The notes beneath the pieces were generated by a model. The model worked only from the letters and a program-made list of their open reading frames with translations, did no database searches and was not told the DNA's origin. Of a stretch of DNA of 64,000 bases, positions 48,598-58,966 are shown piece by piece. How positions within the stretch are numbered: position 1 is the stretch's first letter; each line of letters starts with the position of its first letter. Source of the DNA: an uncultured Acidimicrobiia bacterium (GTDB taxonomy: Bacteria > Acidobacteriota > Vicinamibacteria > Vicinamibacterales > UBA2999); assembly GCA_963795125.1 (NCBI GenBank), contig CAWCGQ010000001.1, positions 407,024-471,023 on the forward strand. The letters run 5' to 3'. The translations under genes were made by a program, and so were the position numbers.

Positions 48598-51522
48598 ATG
48601 CATCGGCCCGATCGGTTACCGCTCTCTCTCGCTTCTACGGCCTCGCGCGTTACCCGGGCCGCAGATCTGCACGCGGCCTACGAGATGATCCGCGAGGACA
48701 TCTTCACGCAGCTGCTGGCGTCGTCGTCTGTACTTGAATGGACCGGCGATCGCTGGGTCCCGCTCACGGACGAGTTGCCGCAATTTCCGTTCATCGACTT
48801 CGCCGCCCGACGCCACTCGATTGCCGCCGGCGCGATTGAGTTCGGCGTGCACCGCGGTCCTCAGGGCAATACGACCGTGGTGCCGCTTGGCGGTGCCGAC
48901 GATCCGATCGTCGTGCTCGCCATCGAGGGCGATTGTTCGGAGCTTCGCGAACCGCTGGAGAGCGGCGCCGCGTCGTTGGTGCTCGCCCTGCAGGTGGTGC
49001 GCGAACGCGCCGCCAGACATGAGGCCGCGCGCCTGCTGGTCGACGGTTACGCGATGATCCGCAGGCTCAGCCGCCTGGGGAGTGTCGAAGCGGTGGCCGG
49101 CAGCGTCGTGCGGCACGTCGCCGAACTGCTCGGCGCCGAACGGGTGTCCCTCGCGCTCTACCGCGAGGCCGATGCCAGCCTCACCATCGAGGCCACGGAG
49201 GGCTTTCCGCTCACCGCGGTGAAGGGTGTGCGAATTCTGCCCGGCGACTGGGTGGTCGGGCACGTGTTCGCCTCACGACGGCCGGTGATTGTCCCGGATG
49301 TCAGGCTGCTGCCGAACCTTCGCGCCAACCCCACCAAGTACCGCACGTTTTCGTTCGCGGCCGTGCCGATGCTCGCGGGCAGCGAAGCCGTTGGCGTCAT
49401 CACCGTCACCGACAAACGCGGCAACACCGCGTTCACGCGGCAGGATGAGCTGGTGCTTCGCACCCTGGCCGCCGCCGCCGCGGTGGCACTGGTTGCGGCG
49501 CGTTCCGGCGACGAGGTGACGCGCCTGGCCTATGCCGCGACGATCGACGCGCTGACGGGCCTGCTCAATCGCCCGGGCTTCGACACCCGCCTGCACCAGG
49601 AAGTGGAGCGCAGCCGGCGGGAATCCGGCAACCTCGCGGTGCTGATGGCGGACGTCGACGACTTCAAGACCATCAACGACACGCGCGGGCACCAGGTGGG
49701 CGACGCGGTGCTGCGTCTGGTCGGCAGCGTCATCCGCTCGTCGGTGCGGGTCTTCGACGTGTGCGCGCGTTACGGTGGTGACGAGTTCGCCGTGGTGATG
49801 CCGAACAGCGATCGGGAAAGCGCCATCATGTGCGCCGAGCGGATCAGGCGGCGGATTGCGGAGCGCTCCGTCGACGACGATCTTCCCCCGCTGACGATGA
49901 GCATCGGGGTCGCGATCATTGCGCCCGGCGACAGCGCCGGCGACGTCATTCTCCGCGCCGATCAATGCCTCTATCTCGCCAAGGCCGACGGCAAGAACCT
50001 GGTGCGAGCGCAGCCCCCGGAACAGTTCGAGCCGCACGTCGAGGCGCGCGAACCCCGCGCCGGCGAGGCCCGCGTGATCGATATCCGTCACGGACGCGAC
50101 GAGGTTGCCGCCGTGGCCGGGACCGCCGGGGCCACGGAATTGCGCTATGTGCTGCTGGTGGATGCCGACGCCGAGCGCGCCGGTGTGTGCCTCGACGCCG
50201 TGGCGCCGTTTCGGGTGGGATTCCTGGTGGCGCGCGACGGCGTGCAGGCTACCGGCATCATCGACCGGTTCGGCCCGCCGCTTCTGCTGGTCGTTGATCT
50301 GGCGCGCTCCGGCAACAACGGCTTCGAGCTGATCGAGATGCTCCGCCACCGCCACCACCTGCGCACCGAGGTGATTGCCTGGTGCGCGTCGCGTGAACTG
50401 CGTGAGTACGCCTCCGCACGGCTGAGCGGGCACGACGTCCATGTGCTGGCGAGCACGGCCGCGCCGTCGACCATCCGCGGCGCGATCGAGCACTCGCTCG
50501 AGCGCAGGGAGGTCGTCCCTCCCGACCCGGAGCCGGCGCCCGCCGCGGAGCCCGACCCCGCGCCGTCCTCTCGCTGGGCTGCGGATGAATTGCAGCGGGT
50601 GATGTCGGAGCTGACCTACAACGCCAAGCAGATCGTCAACCTTCCCGGGGTCGCCGTCTACATGCACGCCCCAGGCGATCGTGCGTATCGCGCGTCCTTC
50701 TCCTGGAACTCCCAGAACCTGATGCCTCACTCGCCGTGCCATCTCCCACAGGCGTTCGACGAGATTGCCCTGAGTGGGCGGGTGGTGATTGAGCGGGATT
50801 TCGCGAACGCGCCGAATACCGCCGACCAGGACTCGCGCGACGCGGTCAGGGGCCTCGCGGGTTTTCCGGTGGTGTCAAACGGCGAGATCCTCGGCGCACT
50901 GTGCGTGTTCGACGTCGCGCCCCTGGAGATCACCGACCAGCACCTGTCCGCTCTCGAGACCCTGGCCCGCACCGCCGTTGAGGAACCCGGTCGCCGCCGC
51001 GGCGACGCGCGACTCGAGCCGCGCCCGACCGTCGTCGCCGCACTGGTCGAGGACCGCTCGCTCGCGACCATCACCTCCGGTCCGCTCGACTGGCCGCCGG
51101 CATTACTGGAACGGGTCGGCGGTGAGTTCGCGGTGGCTCGCGAACTGGCGCGCGCGCGCCGCGATGGCAAGGAGCTCAGCGTCATCCTGTTCGAGATTGC
51201 GCCGTTGACGGCGGAAACCGATCTCGACGAGTCCGTGCGACACGTCAGCGAGACCCTCCTGAGGGCGATCCGCCAATCGGACCTGCCGATTCGCTGGAGC
51301 GGGCGCGAGTTTCTGGTGGTGTTGCCGGGGCTGACCGGGAGTTCCGCACGGACCGTGGCGGAGCGCGTCCGCGCCGCGCTGCAGGCCGGGACCCGTCACC
51401 GCGTCGCCGTCGCCGGCGGGGTGGCCGAACTGGTGGACGAGGAGGGCTTCGGCGAGGTCGTGAACCGGGCTCGCGAACGGGTCAGCCTCGCGCGCGGCCG
51501 CGGTCACAACCGCATCCTGTAA
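48598..51522 (+). CDS. multidomain diguanylate cyclase: GAF - GGDEF (intact) - receiver-like - GAF - degenerate GGDEF
   Basis: ORF 48442..51522, likely ATG at 48598. First cyclase domain LTGLLNRPGF...RYGGDEFAVVM. REC-like LLVDAD...LLLVVDLARSGNNGFELIEML. Second domain has SGREF in place of GGDEF. Confidence 0.85.
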   Translation: MHRPDRLPLSLASTASRVTRAADLHAAYEMIREDIFTQLLASSSVLEWTGDRWVPLTDELPQFPFIDFAARRHSIAAGAIEFGVHRGPQGNTTVVPLGGADDPIVVLAIEGDCSELREPLESGAASLVLALQVVRERAARHEAARLLVDGYAMIRRLSRLGSVEAVAGSVVRHVAELLGAERVSLALYREADASLTIEATEGFPLTAVKGVRILPGDWVVGHVFASRRPVIVPDVRLLPNLRANPTKYRTFSFAAVPMLAGSEAVGVITVTDKRGNTAFTRQDELVLRTLAAAAAVALVAARSGDEVTRLAYAATIDALTGLLNRPGFDTRLHQEVERSRRESGNLAVLMADVDDFKTINDTRGHQVGDAVLRLVGSVIRSSVRVFDVCARYGGDEFAVVMPNSDRESAIMCAERIRRRIAERSVDDDLPPLTMSIGVAIIAPGDSAGDVILRADQCLYLAKADGKNLVRAQPPEQFEPHVEAREPRAGEARVIDIRHGRDEVAAVAGTAGATELRYVLLVDADAERAGVCLDAVAPFRVGFLVARDGVQATGIIDRFGPPLLLVVDLARSGNNGFELIEMLRHRHHLRTEVIAWCASRELREYASARLSGHDVHVLASTAAPSTIRGAIEHSLERREVVPPDPEPAPAAEPDPAPSSRWAADELQRVMSELTYNAKQIVNLPGVAVYMHAPGDRAYRASFSWNSQNLMPHSPCHLPQAFDEIALSGRVVIERDFANAPNTADQDSRDAVRGLAGFPVVSNGEILGALCVFDVAPLEITDQHLSALETLARTAVEEPGRRRGDARLEPRPTVVAALVEDRSLATITSGPLDWPPALLERVGGEFAVARELARARRDGKELSVILFEIAPLTAETDLDESVRHVSETLLRAIRQSDLPIRWSGREFLVVLPGLTGSSARTVAERVRAALQAGTRHRVAVAGGVAELVDEEGFGEVVNRARERVSLARGRGHNRIL

Positions 51523-51524
51523 CG

Positions 51525-51881
51525 CTACGCGATTCGCAGTGGAGACGCCAGCCGCCGCAGCGCCGGGTTCTCGGCGGCGATACCGACGGTGTAGCGCAAG
51601 GAGCGCTCGGGCTCGCTGCGCGTCAACTCGACGGGGCTGTCTTCTTTTCGCGCGAAGCTGAACGCCGTCCAATAGAGTTTCGGCGCCGAGCCGAAGGCAG
51701 ACAGGGGCTTGTGCCCGTGCCTGATGTCATAGGCAATGTGGGCATCGGCAATCTTTACCAGGGTATCCAGGGCGGCCTCGGCGGTGCGACCCGCCGCGGC
51801 CAGGTCGTGCTCCAGGGACCTCGCCGTCCAGGTCTTGGGGGTCTCGGGGAAGACCACGATCCTCAGGCTCGAGCAGGACAT
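51525..51881 (-). CDS. hypothetical protein (weak resemblance to HicB-like/UPF0150 fold)
   Basis: ORF 51525..51881 (118 aa): LRIVVFPETPKTWTARSLEHDLAAAGRTAEAALDTLVKI.... The function call is tentative. Confidence 0.45.
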   Translation of the reverse strand: MSCSSLRIVVFPETPKTWTARSLEHDLAAAGRTAEAALDTLVKIADAHIAYDIRHGHKPLSAFGSAPKLYWTAFSFARKEDSPVELTRSEPERSLRYTVGIAAENPALRRLASPLRIA

Positions 51882-51951
51882 GACAACGGGGTTATCGGAT
51901 GGTGCCCCGCGCGACAGTATCCCCGGCCGGGAGTGGCGGCCGACCGGGAAG

Positions 51952-53157
51952 TTAGTTGGAAAATGCCGCGATCCCCGTCTGGGCGCGGCCGAGGATCAAC
52001 GCATGCACGTCATGCGTGCCCTCGTAGGTGTTGACCACTTCGAGATTCACCAGGTGCCGGATCACGCCGAATTCGTCGACGATGCCGTTGCCGCCGAGCA
52101 TGTCGCGCGCCTCACGGGCGATGGCGAGCGCCTTGCCGCATGAGTTGCGCTTCAGCATCGAGGTGATCTCGGGCGACGCGGTGCCCTCGTCCTTCATCCG
52201 CCCGAGGCGCAGGCACGCGTTCAAGCCGAGCGCGATCTCGGTCTGCATGTCGGCCAGCTTCTTCTGAATCAACTGATTCGCGGCGAGCGGGCGTCCGAAC
52301 TGCTTGCGCTCGAGGACGTAATTGCGCGCGCGATGCCAGCAGTCTTCCGCCGCGCCCATCGCGCCCCAGCAGATTCCGTAGCGCGCGCTGTTCAGGCACG
52401 TGAACGGACCCTTCAATCCGCGCACGTCCGGGAAGGCGTTGTCTTCCGGACAGAACACGCCGTCCATCACCACTTCGCCGGTCAGGCTGGTGCGCAGGCC
52501 GACCTTGCCGTGAATCGGCGGCGCGCTGAGTCCCTTCATGTCCTTCTCGAGGATGAATCCGCGAATCGCGTCGGCATCATCCTTGGCCCAGATGATGAAC
52601 ACGTCCGCGATCGGGCTGTTGCTGATCCACGACTTCGTTCCGGTGAGGGAGTAGCCGCCCTCGACCTTCTTGGCGCGCGTCGTCATGCCGCCGGGGTCGG
52701 AGCCGTGCCCCGGTTCGGTCAGTCCGAAGCAGCCGATGAACTCGCCGGTCGCCAGCTTCGGGAGGAATTTCTGCTTCTGCGCTTCGGTGCCGAACTCGTT
52801 GATTGGCACCATCACCAGCGAGCCCTGCACGCTCATCATCGAGCGGAAACCGGAATCGACGCGCTCGATCTCGCGCGCGATCAGTCCGTAGCTCACGTAG
52901 TTGAACCCGGCGCCGCCGTATTGCTCGGGAATCACCACCCCGAGCAGATCGAGCGCACCCATCTCGCGAAAGATCGACGGATCGGTCTTCTCGTGCCGGA
53001 ACATCTCCAGCACCCGCGGCGTCAGCCGGTCCTGGGCGTAGGCGCGCGCCGTCTCGCGCACCATCTGTTCCTCGTGAGTCAACTGCTGGTCGAGGAGCAG
53101 CGGATCGCTCCAGTTGAAACGGCTGTCGGCGCTCTTGGACATCTCGACCGAAATCAT
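51952..53157 (-). CDS. gcdH: glutaryl-CoA dehydrogenase (acyl-CoA dehydrogenase family)
   Basis: ORF 51952..53157 (401 aa). [61 protein letters not shown]. Confidence 0.9.
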   Translation of the reverse strand: MISVEMSKSADSRFNWSDPLLLDQQLTHEEQMVRETARAYAQDRLTPRVLEMFRHEKTDPSIFREMGALDLLGVVIPEQYGGAGFNYVSYGLIAREIERVDSGFRSMMSVQGSLVMVPINEFGTEAQKQKFLPKLATGEFIGCFGLTEPGHGSDPGGMTTRAKKVEGGYSLTGTKSWISNSPIADVFIIWAKDDADAIRGFILEKDMKGLSAPPIHGKVGLRTSLTGEVVMDGVFCPEDNAFPDVRGLKGPFTCLNSARYGICWGAMGAAEDCWHRARNYVLERKQFGRPLAANQLIQKKLADMQTEIALGLNACLRLGRMKDEGTASPEITSMLKRNSCGKALAIAREARDMLGGNGIVDEFGVIRHLVNLEVVNTYEGTHDVHALILGRAQTGIAAFSN

Positions 53158-53179
53158 GACACGAGCGTCGGCCGGATGC

Positions 53180-55498
53180 CTAAAACCGCGCCGTCACGGC
53201 GAATTTCACGGCGCGGGGCGAGCCGGGCAGGATGTTGTTGTTGCTGTGCGCCGACACGAAGTAGCCGGCGTCGAACAGATTCTCGACGTTGACCTGGGCG
53301 AGGAGCCTGGTCGTGGCCTTCCAGAACAGCGCGCCATCCACCCGCGTGAAGGCGGGAAGCGTCACGAGGTTGTCGGTCGCCGCGAAGCTGTCGCCCCGAT
53401 AGATCACGCCGACACCGGCGCCGATCGTCGCCGCCACGTCGTACCTGTTCCACAACGACAGCGAGTGGCGCGGCAGCTGGGCGGGCCGCGCGCCGGCCTG
53501 CGCGGTGGCGGAAATCGAGCGGGTGATGCGGCCCTGTTGGAACGCATAGCCGCCGGTCATGGTCCAGCGTGTCGTCACCCGCCCATCGATGCCGGCCTCG
53601 ACGCCGGTCGTGCGCTGCGCGTCGACGAGGATCGATCGCGCCGGATCGGCGGGGTCGGCCACCGCGACGTTGCCGCGGTCGAGGCGATAGGTCGCGACCG
53701 ACAGCGCCAGCTCGCGGATATCCCATTTCGCGCCGACCTCGTAGTTGCGGAACTCCTCCGGATCGAGCGCCTGGTTACTCAACGACAGCGACGACAGCTG
53801 ATCGCCCGCGCGCGGCACGTAGGCGAGGCCGTAGCTGGCGTAAATCGAAACCGGCGCGACCGGCTTGTAGATCAGTCCCGCCCTGGGCGAGACCAGGCCG
53901 TCGTGGCTGGTGAAGCTGGCGCCGGAGCGCAGGTTGCGAAAGTCCACGCTGAAGCTGTCGAACCGCAGCCCGACCACCGCTTGCACGTGCTCCGACAGTG
54001 CGATCTGATCCTGCGCATACACCGCGGCAATCGTCGCGGCGCCTGAGTTGGCGGCATCGGTTGCGTTCTGGCGGAACTCGACCGGCAGCGCGATGGTTGG
54101 ATTGGTGAGCGGCACTGCCGTCGACGTCACGCCGGCCCCCAGGGTGCTGAAATACGCCGTGCGCCGGAAGTTGTCGGTGCTTTGCCGGCCCACCTCGATG
54201 CCGGCCAGGATGACGTGGCCGACACGGCCGGTGCGGCGAGCAACGATCAGGTCCGTCTGGTTGAACAGATTCTGGCGGCCGGTGGTGTTGTCGTAGCCGG
54301 ACAGCGTCACGCGGTCGCCGGTGACGGCACCCGGAAAGATGTTCTGGTAGTGCTTGTCGTATGCGCCCCAGTGGGTGCGGCTGCGCACGGTGATGCCGAG
54401 CCCGGGATTGTGCTCGACGGTGGCGCTCGCCATGTTCACGTCGGCGCGGCTGATGCTTTGATCGGGGTCGCCAAAGAACGTCGACCGCTCGGTGTCGACG
54501 GGACGGCCGTCACGCGATGGGATGCCGCGGTCGGCGGTGCGGCGATCGTGAAAAAATTCGTAGCTCGCGCGCAGTGTCGTGTGGCGTCCGAGCCGCACGG
54601 CCACGGTCGGGTTGATCCCCTCGCGTTCGAGGCCCACGCCGTCCCGATACGAGTCGGAGTTCTCGTAGACGCCGGTGACCCGGGCGGCCACGGCAGGGTG
54701 GACCGCCACGCCGAGATCAGCGGAGAAGCGGCGGTCTTCGTGCGACCCGAACTGCGCCTCGATCTGACGCACCGGCGCCCACTCGGCCTGCCGGGTGACC
54801 CGGTTGATCACGCCGCCGGCGCCGCCGCGTCCGAAGATCATCGCGTTCGGTCCCTTCAATGCTTCGACGCGATCGACGTTGTAGGTGTCGCGAAAATACT
54901 GCGCATCGTCGCGAACCCCGTCAACGTAGAAGTCGCCGGTCGAACTGTTGCCGCGGACAATCGGTGTATCGCGGTTGCCTTCCCCTTGCGCCATCCCGAC
55001 GCCGGGCATGTAGCGAACCACGTCGGCCATGCTCTGCAGTCGCTGCTCGGCGATCAATGACGCCGGCACCACGCTGACCGACTGGGGAACGTCGCGCAGC
55101 AGCGTCGGGGTCCTGGTGGCGCTGCCGACCGCGGCGACGCGGTCGAGCGCCGCGACGGCGACGCGCACGAGCTCAGTGACGCCGGCGACCTGCAGCGTGA
55201 ACACGCGCGGCCGGCCCATCGTCATGGTCGCGACCAGGCGTTCGGAGGTGTCGGCAAATCCGTCCGAGACGATCGTCACGTGGTACGCACGGGGTTCGAG
55301 GGCGAGTCGAAACTCACCCCGCGCATCGCTCACGGCCGTGACCGCGGTGCCCGGCGGGTCCGGCACCGCCGTAACCGTCGCACCGGCGATTGCGCCGCCG
55401 GCGGAATCGACGACCCGGCCGGCGAGTGCCGTTTGAGAGGCGCGTGAGGGCTGGGGAATCAAGCAAACGAGCAGAGCAGCGGCGAGGATACGAATCAC
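53180..55498 (-). CDS. TonB-dependent outer-membrane receptor (siderophore-receptor type) with N-terminal carboxypeptidase-regulatory-like domain
   Basis: ORF 53180..55540. The likely GTG start at 55498 lies 7-8 nt after AGGAG ([22 protein letters not shown] signal). Plug motifs ([19 protein letters not shown]). Terminal ...[10 protein letters not shown]. Confidence 0.85.
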   Translation of the reverse strand: MIRILAAALLVCLIPQPSRASQTALAGRVVDSAGGAIAGATVTAVPDPPGTAVTAVSDARGEFRLALEPRAYHVTIVSDGFADTSERLVATMTMGRPRVFTLQVAGVTELVRVAVAALDRVAAVGSATRTPTLLRDVPQSVSVVPASLIAEQRLQSMADVVRYMPGVGMAQGEGNRDTPIVRGNSSTGDFYVDGVRDDAQYFRDTYNVDRVEALKGPNAMIFGRGGAGGVINRVTRQAEWAPVRQIEAQFGSHEDRRFSADLGVAVHPAVAARVTGVYENSDSYRDGVGLEREGINPTVAVRLGRHTTLRASYEFFHDRRTADRGIPSRDGRPVDTERSTFFGDPDQSISRADVNMASATVEHNPGLGITVRSRTHWGAYDKHYQNIFPGAVTGDRVTLSGYDNTTGRQNLFNQTDLIVARRTGRVGHVILAGIEVGRQSTDNFRRTAYFSTLGAGVTSTAVPLTNPTIALPVEFRQNATDAANSGAATIAAVYAQDQIALSEHVQAVVGLRFDSFSVDFRNLRSGASFTSHDGLVSPRAGLIYKPVAPVSIYASYGLAYVPRAGDQLSSLSLSNQALDPEEFRNYEVGAKWDIRELALSVATYRLDRGNVAVADPADPARSILVDAQRTTGVEAGIDGRVTTRWTMTGGYAFQQGRITRSISATAQAGARPAQLPRHSLSLWNRYDVAATIGAGVGVIYRGDSFAATDNLVTLPAFTRVDGALFWKATTRLLAQVNVENLFDAGYFVSAHSNNNILPGSPRAVKFAVTARF

Positions 55499-55518
55499 GA
55501 AATGAGCTCCTGAAAGTT

Positions 55519-55545
55519 CGAAGTTGAGAATCAATCTCAACTTCG
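55519..55545. promoter_or_regulatory. 27-bp AT-rich perfect palindrome (11-bp arms, 5-nt centre) 21-47 nt upstream of the receptor start; Fur-family-like operator candidate or 5'-UTR hairpin
   Basis: cgaagttgaga-atcaa-tctcaacttcg. The core TGAGAAT-c-AATCTCA matches the TGATAAT-n-ATTATCA Fur 7-1-7 pattern at 11 of 14 positions by my alignment. Confidence 0.4.
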
Positions 55546-55603
55546 TTCAAAGCTTAATCCGACCTTTTTGGTCGGTCAAGTGTTGTTTGAGAGTGGCCAA
55601 ACG

Positions 55604-55617
55604 GTTGAGAATCAATC
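55604..55617. promoter_or_regulatory. second copy of the 14-mer gttgagaatcaatc, 81 nt from the first (55523-55536)
   Basis: Exact 14-nt direct repeat in the divergent intergenic region, embedded in aaacg-N13-cgttt. Confidence 0.35.
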
Positions 55618-55738
55618 GTTTGCGGGCTTCTAGCCTTGACTAAGGCGACCGTAGGTCCGCATAATGACCGCAGCACCGGACGTAAGCGCGCACCCCAGCC
55701 GCTGACTGTGTCCCTCGTTGGCCCGTTCGGGCCGAGAC

Positions 55739-56728
55739 ATGACAATGTCGTTTGAAGAGCGCATTCGATCCACCGTCGATCAGGCGGTTGTTCCCATGGT
55801 TCAACGGCTGCTCGAGGCTTCGGCCGCCGAGCGTGAGGAAGCGGTCCGCCTGGCCAGGGTCACGATCCACGAGGAGGCCGAGCAGGCCACGCTCAGTCGC
55901 ATTGCCGCCGCCGAGGCGGCGATTCGCGCGACCCTGGATGAGCAGATTGCACAGGCCCGAACCGCGGAGCGGGAAGTCGCGGCACGAGAGATTCGCACCC
56001 AGTTCGACGCGGAAGTCGATCGGAAGATGCACGCGGCCCTCACCGATGCCGAGAGCCGCATGCGCGCGGCGCTTGCCGACGGTGAGGCGAGAGCCGCCGG
56101 CGAGCTGCAGGCCGCCGTTGCCGACGCCTGCGTCAAGCAACGCGAGATCGAAATGGCCGGCGTCAGCCGCCTGTTGGAGAGCGTTCGCGGCCTCGATGGC
56201 GCGACCTCGTTGAGTGAGGTCCTGGACGCCTTGGCGCTCGCGGCGGCGCGCGAAGCCGCCCGGGCAGCCGTCGTCGTGGTGCGCAACGACCGCATTCATG
56301 GGTGGCGCATCTCGGGCTTCGGAACCCGGGACACTCAGCCGAAGTCCATCGACCTGGCGCTCGCCGAAGCCGGGCTGATCGGCCTGGCGGTCGGTGCCGC
56401 TCGCGTCGTGACCAGCCGCGACACTGCGGCCGCCGCGGCCGGACCCGGATTCGAAACCTTGCCGGCGGATCGGATGGGCCTCGCGGTGCCCGTGATCGTG
56501 GCCGGCCGCGTCGTCGCGGTGGTGTACGCCGACGCCGTCGCCGCCGATGGACAGAAACGGCCGGTGCCGAGCAGCTGGCCCGAGTTGATCGAAGTGCTCG
56601 CGCGCCATGCCGGCCGCTGCCTCGAAGCCCTGACGACACAGAAGGCGGCAACGCGCAGTTCTTCGGGCACAGCAAGCGTGGGCACGCACCAGCGGGGCTG
56701 GCTGCCGTCGGCCGTGCCCGGCTCATAG
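55739..56728 (+). CDS. hypothetical protein: N-terminal Ala/Glu/Arg-rich coiled coil plus C-terminal GAF-like domain
   Basis: ORF 55718..56728, ATG at 55739 or 55745. The C-terminal half (SLSEVLDALALAAAREAARAAVVVVRNDRIHGWRISGFG...AVPVIVAGRVVAVVYAD) resembles a GAF fold. Confidence 0.6.
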   Translation: MTMSFEERIRSTVDQAVVPMVQRLLEASAAEREEAVRLARVTIHEEAEQATLSRIAAAEAAIRATLDEQIAQARTAEREVAAREIRTQFDAEVDRKMHAALTDAESRMRAALADGEARAAGELQAAVADACVKQREIEMAGVSRLLESVRGLDGATSLSEVLDALALAAAREAARAAVVVVRNDRIHGWRISGFGTRDTQPKSIDLALAEAGLIGLAVGAARVVTSRDTAAAAAGPGFETLPADRMGLAVPVIVAGRVVAVVYADAVAADGQKRPVPSSWPELIEVLARHAGRCLEALTTQKAATRSSSGTASVGTHQRGWLPSAVPGS

Positions 56729-56808
56729 TGCGATGAGGCGGATTACCGATAGTTCGAGGTCGGCGCTCGCGGGCGAGAATGCGGCGCTGTCAGGAGATCT
56801 GGTCTGAA

Positions 56809-58934
56809 ATGAAGGTTCCATCGATTGTCATGGGAGTGACGCTCCTGGCGGGCGTCGCGCTGACGGCGGCCCAACTCGTCGTGCCGGGCCGTGCCGGTAT
56901 CGTCACGCCGGCCAGTCTCTCGCCCACGCCGCATCCACCGGTGCCCGGCGATCTCGCCTCGATGTGGCTGGTCCCCGAACAGAGCGGCAAGCTCGGGTCG
57001 GCGATGACCAACTTCGTCCGCGGCGTTCGCCTGCTCGAAGAAGACGGGAGTGCCGCCGCGGCGTTGCCGCTGGTCAGTGACGGCGCGCTCTCGACGACGC
57101 CGGTGGCCGACTACGCGCGCTACTACACCGGCCTCGCGCTGATGAAGCTCGATCGCTATGCCGAAGCCGACCGCGTCTTCGCCGATCTGGCGTCACGCCC
57201 GATCGCCGGACACCTGCCGGAGGATGCGGCGTTTCGTCTTGGCCGAGGTGCGCGAGACGCGGAAGGACTACAAAGGCGCGGTCGCTGTTTACGAACACGC
57301 TGGTCGCGAAAGACGCTGGCGCAGCCGCAGGTGGCGTGGCTGCGGCTCGGCCTGGCCGCGGATCTCGCCGGCTTGCCGATGCGATCCGTCGAAGCTTTGC
57401 AGCGCGCCTATTACGACTATCCCACCAGCGGCCGAAGCCGATCGCGCGGGCGAAGCGCTCGACAAGCAGGATGTCGACCTCGAGGCGGCGTTGGCGCCGA
57501 AGGAACTGGCCCGCGCGGAAACGCTGTTTCAGGCGCGCCGCTGGAGCGCCGCGCAGTGCGTCGTACGATCGCGTCAGGACGTTTGTCACCGGCACCGATC
57601 GCGATCGCGTGACGATGCGGCTCGCCGCCGCCGACATCGCGCTCGGACGTCATCGCGAAGGCCGCGATGCGCTGCGCCCGCACCTGAATGGCGCGCTGGC
57701 CGACGAGGCGAACTTTCACTTCGTCACCGCCACGCGCGGGCTGAAGCTGAACGACGAACACATCACGCTGTCGCACGCGTTCGTCGAGAAGTTCCCGGCC
57801 AGTCCGTTCGCCGACGAGGTGCTCAACGGCCTGGCGTCCGCCTACATCATCGACAATCGCGATGCCGAGGCGCGACCAGGTGTTCGCGAGGTACTCAGCC
57901 GCTATCCGTCGGGCCGCTTCGCCGAGCGCGCGGCGTGGAAAGCGGGATGGTGGGCCTATCGGCAGGGGCGGTTCCGCGATGCGCTGCAGTATTTCGACAA
58001 GGGCGCCGCGCAGTTCCCGCGCTCCGACTACCGGCCGTCGTGGCTCTACTGGTCGGGACGTGCGGCGCAGCAGGCCGGTGACGTCGAAACCGGCGTCGCG
58101 CGCCTGCGGCTGACCGCCACCGATTATCACAACTCGTATTACGGCCGGCTCGCCGTGAAGCGCCTCGACGGCGGGCGCGGCGGCGCGGTCGCGCCGACGC
58201 TGCATCGCCAGCCGGCCGCCGAGCCGGCGATCCCGACCGCCGGGCAGATCGCGTCGCTGTTGTCGGTCGGCCTCAATCGCGAAGCGATGAACGAGCTGCA
58301 GTACGCGCAGCGGGTGTGGGGCGATTCGCCGCAGCTGCAGGCCACCATCGCGCTCACGCACCGGCGGCTCGGCAACGTTCGCGCCGGCATCAACGCGATG
58401 AAGCGCGCGTATCCGCAGTATCTCGCCGCCGGCGGCGAAACCCTGCCGGCCGCCATTCTGCAGGTCATTTTCCCGGTCGACTACTGGCCGCTGCTGCAGC
58501 GGTATGCCAAGGACCGCAACCTCGATCCCTACCTGGTGGCGGCGCTGGTCGCGCAGGAATCGAATTTCGATCCGGTGGTGGTCTCGCCGGCCAACGCCTA
58601 TGGCCTGATGCAGATCCTGCCGAGCACCGGGCGCAGTTACGCGCGCAAGCTGGGCGTCTCGCCGTTCTCGACCAAACGCCTGACCGAAGCCGATCTCAAC
58701 GTGCGGCTCGGCACCCAGATCTTCGCCGACGATATCCGCAAGTTCGGCGGAGTGCATTTCGCGCTCGCCGCCTATAACGCCGGCGGCAGCCGCGTGTTCG
58801 CGTGGCGCCGCGACAAGCCCGGGCTGCCACAGGACGAGTTCATCGACGACATTCCCTTTCCGGAAACGCAGAACTACGTGAAGCGTATTCTCGGAACCGC
58901 CGAAGATTATCGATCCTTGTATAGCGGCCGCTGA
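56809..58934 (+). CDS. slt: soluble lytic murein transglycosylase (Slt70-like: superhelical N-domain + GH23 SLT domain); five single-base frame breaks between about 57240 and 57560
   Basis: Signal MKVPSIVMGVTLLAGVALTAA (ORF 56779..57612). The pieces cycle through frames 56779 / 57158 / 57336. Catalytic region VAQESNFDP...AYGLMQILPSTG...LAAYNAGG is in ORF 57336..58934. Confidence 0.85.
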
Positions 58935-58966
58935 ACGGTCTACGCTCGTAGCGCCACCCTGGAACC

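Noticed and set aside
55499-55540. N-terminal extension MRLILNFELSGAHF of the TonB-dependent receptor ORF
   Set aside because: It is simply the translation of the 27-bp palindrome. An in-frame GTG at 55498 has a proper AGGAG and yields a normal signal peptide.
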